From positions 682,001-746,000 of the forward strand of contig BCGN01000001.1 of assembly GCA_001599295.1 (NCBI GenBank): a DNA stretch of 64,000 nt, given 5' to 3'. The position numbers and the translations under genes were made by a program. The notes under the pieces were generated by a model, which made no database searches, was not told the origin of the DNA, and saw only the letters and a list, made by a program, of their open reading frames with translations. This stretch comes from Sporopachydermia quercuum. Lineage: Eukaryota. The first letter of the stretch is position 1, and each line of letters opens with the position of its first letter. This document shows positions 60,748 through 64,000 of the stretch, one piece after another.

Positions 60748-61224
60748 TTAGATCAGTAGGGCGGCAATTCCAGCAACAGCTAATCCATAAGCGCCGTTTA
60801 TTGATTTAGGAGAACCACCGTTGGTGAAAAAAACACTTGGCACAACAGTTGTGTTTGATTTTTCACATTTATGATCGGCGCATGAAGTGATAGTTTCAAT
60901 AACAGTCTTTGGTTCTTGAGTAGTAACAATTGGCTCTTCAGTCACAGAGGAAGCTTGTGCGGTAGTTGATACATCAGACGCTTCTTCAGTTGTTGATTCT
61001 GGTTCTGCGGCAGGTTCTGTTGCCACAAGTGTTTCAAGTACAGTAGAGCTTGAAGTCAAAGTGTAGGGAGTACCATCAGAGTAAGAAACATAGACATATG
61101 CAAAAGTAGTAGCCAAAACTGTAGTTCGAAGAGTGATTGAAGTTTCACTGTAAGTAGTTTCAGTGACAGTTTGAGCAGAAGCACCAGCAAGGACACCAGC
61201 TGAGGCAATAGTAGAGAACTTCAT
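60748..61224 (-). CDS. Small Ser/Thr-rich GPI-anchored cell-wall protein (Tos6/Ccw12-like class), 158 aa
   Basis: Signal peptide MKFSTIASAGVLAGASA, Thr/Ser-rich body, TITSCADHKC flocculin-type-3-like motif, NGG omega-site candidate and hydrophobic tail GLAVAGIAALLI. Confidence 0.85.
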   Translation of the reverse strand: MKFSTIASAGVLAGASAQTVTETTYSETSITLRTTVLATTFAYVYVSYSDGTPYTLTSSSTVLETLVATEPAAEPESTTEEASDVSTTAQASSVTEEPIVTTQEPKTVIETITSCADHKCEKSNTTVVPSVFFTNGGSPKSINGAYGLAVAGIAALLI

Positions 61225-62020
61225 TTTGTTGATACTTGTTGTATGTTTTTATTAAAAGAGCGAACGTGGGTAAGTTTTAACGAATGTAGATGCTTTTGCA
61301 ATGTGTTTCGATGGTTTGACTGTACAAATGATTATATTTTCCAAGTGAAACCAGGCGAATAAAGACGAAGTTGAAATGTGACTTCGGGGAAGTAAATGAT
61401 CTTTATACAATTCGTATTTGCAGTTAGTAGCATTTGAGAATAAAGATTCCGACGTCAATCACATAGTGAAAGAAAATCTCGATAATTGAGTATATGAGAA
61501 ATTCCAAAACGTCGAAGTAGTAACAAGCTTTGGCCTGGATTTTGCTTATTTCGGTTGACTTATTCTATCGATTTACCAGAACCGGTAAAATCCATTTGGC
61601 AATCCACTTGACAATAATTCTTCAATCTGGTAATAGTTATGGCGTTTAAAGACATATTAGGATCAAGATGACCTATTTGGTATTACTTATTTCTTTTTAC
61701 CTGTTTCACTGAATTTACTTCTGTTCCAAAGCGCATTTACTTAATAAAGTTTGGTGTAGTAATTTTTCATGAACCCGTCAAAAAAAAAAGATGAGCGGAG
61801 ATTTTCTTCATTTTACGTGTTCATTTATTTTTTTTTTTTTTGGATAATAGCCAAGAGGTTAGTTTAAAAAGATTAGAAATTACCGCTCTAATAATAATAA
61901 AATTTAAAATAATTTATTTCAAATGAATTGTATTCTATTTACTATTGGCATTGTGTTGATTAAAATCTATGTAGTAAACACGGTTCATCTCGTAAATGGA
62001 TTAAGATAAAACCTTAATTA

Positions 62021-62131
62021 CACGAAAATAATAAATATGAAAAACTCAATAGGAAGGAAAGACGCGTTTTGTTTGAACCTGTATTTTACTTGAAAAAGAT
62101 TTAAATAAATAAGAAGAAAAAACAAACGCGT
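62021..62131. promoter_or_regulatory. G1/S element cluster: SCB plus two MCB
   Basis: CACGAAA 62021-62027, ACGCGT 62062-62067 and 62126-62131 within very AT-rich DNA. Confidence 0.55.
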
Positions 62132-64000
62132 CCGAAATTACTAACTAGGAAAAATATAAGAAATCTTACATTTCAAGAGAAAAATTGCCAAAGTGATTGA
62201 ACGCAATCGAGTACGAATAAATGGCTTAGAAACGACTTTCACAAACATAATTGGAAGGTATTTTGAATTGTAGAGTGAGATCATATTTTGCTTGCATCGG
62301 AATGGCTGTGAGTATTGCAATATTAGATAAAAGAAGAAAAAAGATAAAACAGTTTATGGTTGATCAATTGATGAGGAAAGTTCCATATGCAAGAGGGCTA
62401 ACCTACCATTTTGGCAAACAAAATCCAGGGCTTGCTAGTATGCTCTAGAAATGGACATAAAATATATGAAGTGGTCAGTATGACGAAAAAACGTAAATAA
62501 TAGATCGATAATAGCAGTTAGAACGAAGAGATCTGTTAGTGTATAAATCATATAACACAATGCACTTGCAATCCATTTGATTACTCTCAGATTGTAAGAC
62601 ATAACATATTTTATCCTATGACTATCATTGATAGCACGAGAAGGACAGGTTCTAGCCTGTCAGTTATCTGAATGTGAACGGATTTAACGCCGTGATGCTG
62701 TTTGAAAGGATGAAGAATCTAATTTACTCGATTCGTCTTATCAGTGAACATGTGGAACGATTTTTGATATTTCAGTGATTGAGTAAATAGATATAGAAAT
62801 AATGATGAGAATAGTTTGAATAGTTCTACTAACTAGATCAATAGTGTCAACTAGCAGAAATCGTCAAACTAATTGATCCTCATATAGAATCTATGCCATC
62901 AACCATGCCAAACAACAAAGCAAGAACTGGCGATAGCAAACAATTTCTATTCGTCGATGTTTCTGAGAGTATAAGTATTTTGCATAGTTAGCGTAGGAGA
63001 GTTCAATTAATTACAGATTTATAACGTTATACTGTTATTTTAAACATGATTAGTACAATGCTAAAAAGAGGCCGAATCTAATTAAGAACAGAAAGCAGTT
63101 TAACTTTATAATTAACATTGAGATGATTTTTCCTAATGTACATTTGTGCACCAGAAAAACAAAAGCACAACTGTACGTAACAGCTGAAATTATGTGAGTT
63201 TGTCAGTTTCAACTGCGCTCGTTGAATGATATTCATGAATGAACAATCGAATAAAGCTTAATAATAAATGAACCTTATTTTCAACGGTTATTCATTCTTG
63301 TTTCTGAGCTTGAGATTGATTCTTATCTCTGTATTCTCTTTGAGAAGTAAATTAATATCAACAAAAATAGAAAATGCAATAATGTTTGTCAATGTACTTA
63401 GATGATACTTGCCCTAAAGATAATTTGAGCTGTTTAAGATGTTAAGTGAATTCATAATGAACCTTTTAGAACAAGGAACTAAAACCTAGTTTTGAATCTC
63501 GGAGAAGTTAGGAAAAAAGAAAATTTAAACTTTAATATCATGATACTATGTTCAGCAATTTTATAACTAATCGGGTAGTGTTTTATGGAAAATGTTTAGG
63601 TTTCACTCACGCCTAGAACTCCTTTTTAAATTAGATGTTGTTGGGTTTTTCAAGACAGATAGATATAAATAATTCAAAATGTTTCTAACATGTCTTCAGA
63701 AGGCTGTGTTGTTTCCAGAAAAATGCGTATCTGCCCAATAATATCAGGTTGGAGAAAACATAGTCAGAAACTTAAAATAAAGACTCCAAGAAAAATCAAA
63801 ACTTACCGTTTATTACTTGAAATAATGAGGAATGTAAGGCGATATTCCATGCCGGAGGCTTGGAAAAAATATAAGCTAACAGTTTCATTGTATGATCTTC
63901 AAACAATCACTCGATTAAGCTTAACGTTTGTCTTTTTTTCTTTCTTTTTCCTTTTTAGATTTTAAGGTTTTATCTGCTCTTAAGAATCTGAAACGAGGAA

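Noticed and set aside
61561..61592. U5 snRNA-like TTTACCAGAACC hairpin
   Set aside because: The invariant loop GCCTTTTAC is absent (TCGATTTAC) and the stem is only 4 bp.
63690..63965. 91-aa ORF at the window end
   Set aside because: No recognisable motif, and it ends in a poly-T-derived Phe run; not supportable as a gene.
1..64000. Transposons, LTRs, CRISPR arrays, rRNA
   Set aside because: No gag/pol or transposase ORF, no long direct repeats noticed (including near the tRNAs), no spaced repeat array and no rRNA sequence. A solo LTR cannot be excluded without a genome-wide search.

Overview
AT-rich eukaryotic DNA from a budding yeast (Saccharomycotina), inferred from gene content, GTAWGT donors and TACTAAC-like branch points. 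CTG sits at conserved Leu positions, so the standard code applies. There are about 22 protein genes and 2 tRNAs. In order: two tandem, deeply diverged DDB1/Mms1-like proteins, SNU13, VMA3 (5 exons, 13-nt micro-exon), NUP85, tRNA-Gly(TCC), HUL4, a YMR087W-type macro-domain gene, a VBA1-type MFS permease, YTA12, a very divergent uL10m(Mrpl11)-like ORF, intron-containing tRNA-Ser(CGA), BUD31, SEC65, RRN9, MDM1, COX5, HOS4, TPD3, three GOR1-like dehydrogenases with an orphan NLS-bearing ORF among them, and a small GPI cell-wall protein. I reconstructed 16-17 coding introns by hand, each restoring the reading frame. The best candidate for something new is the ancient DDB1-like pair with shared 3' introns. 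Also notable are the intron-rich, relaxed splice-signal system, the GOR1 triplet, the degenerate uL10m-like gene, deep microsynteny with S. cerevisiae, and N bases that stop abruptly at 34.8 kb. Family assignments come from recalled motifs; no database searches were run.
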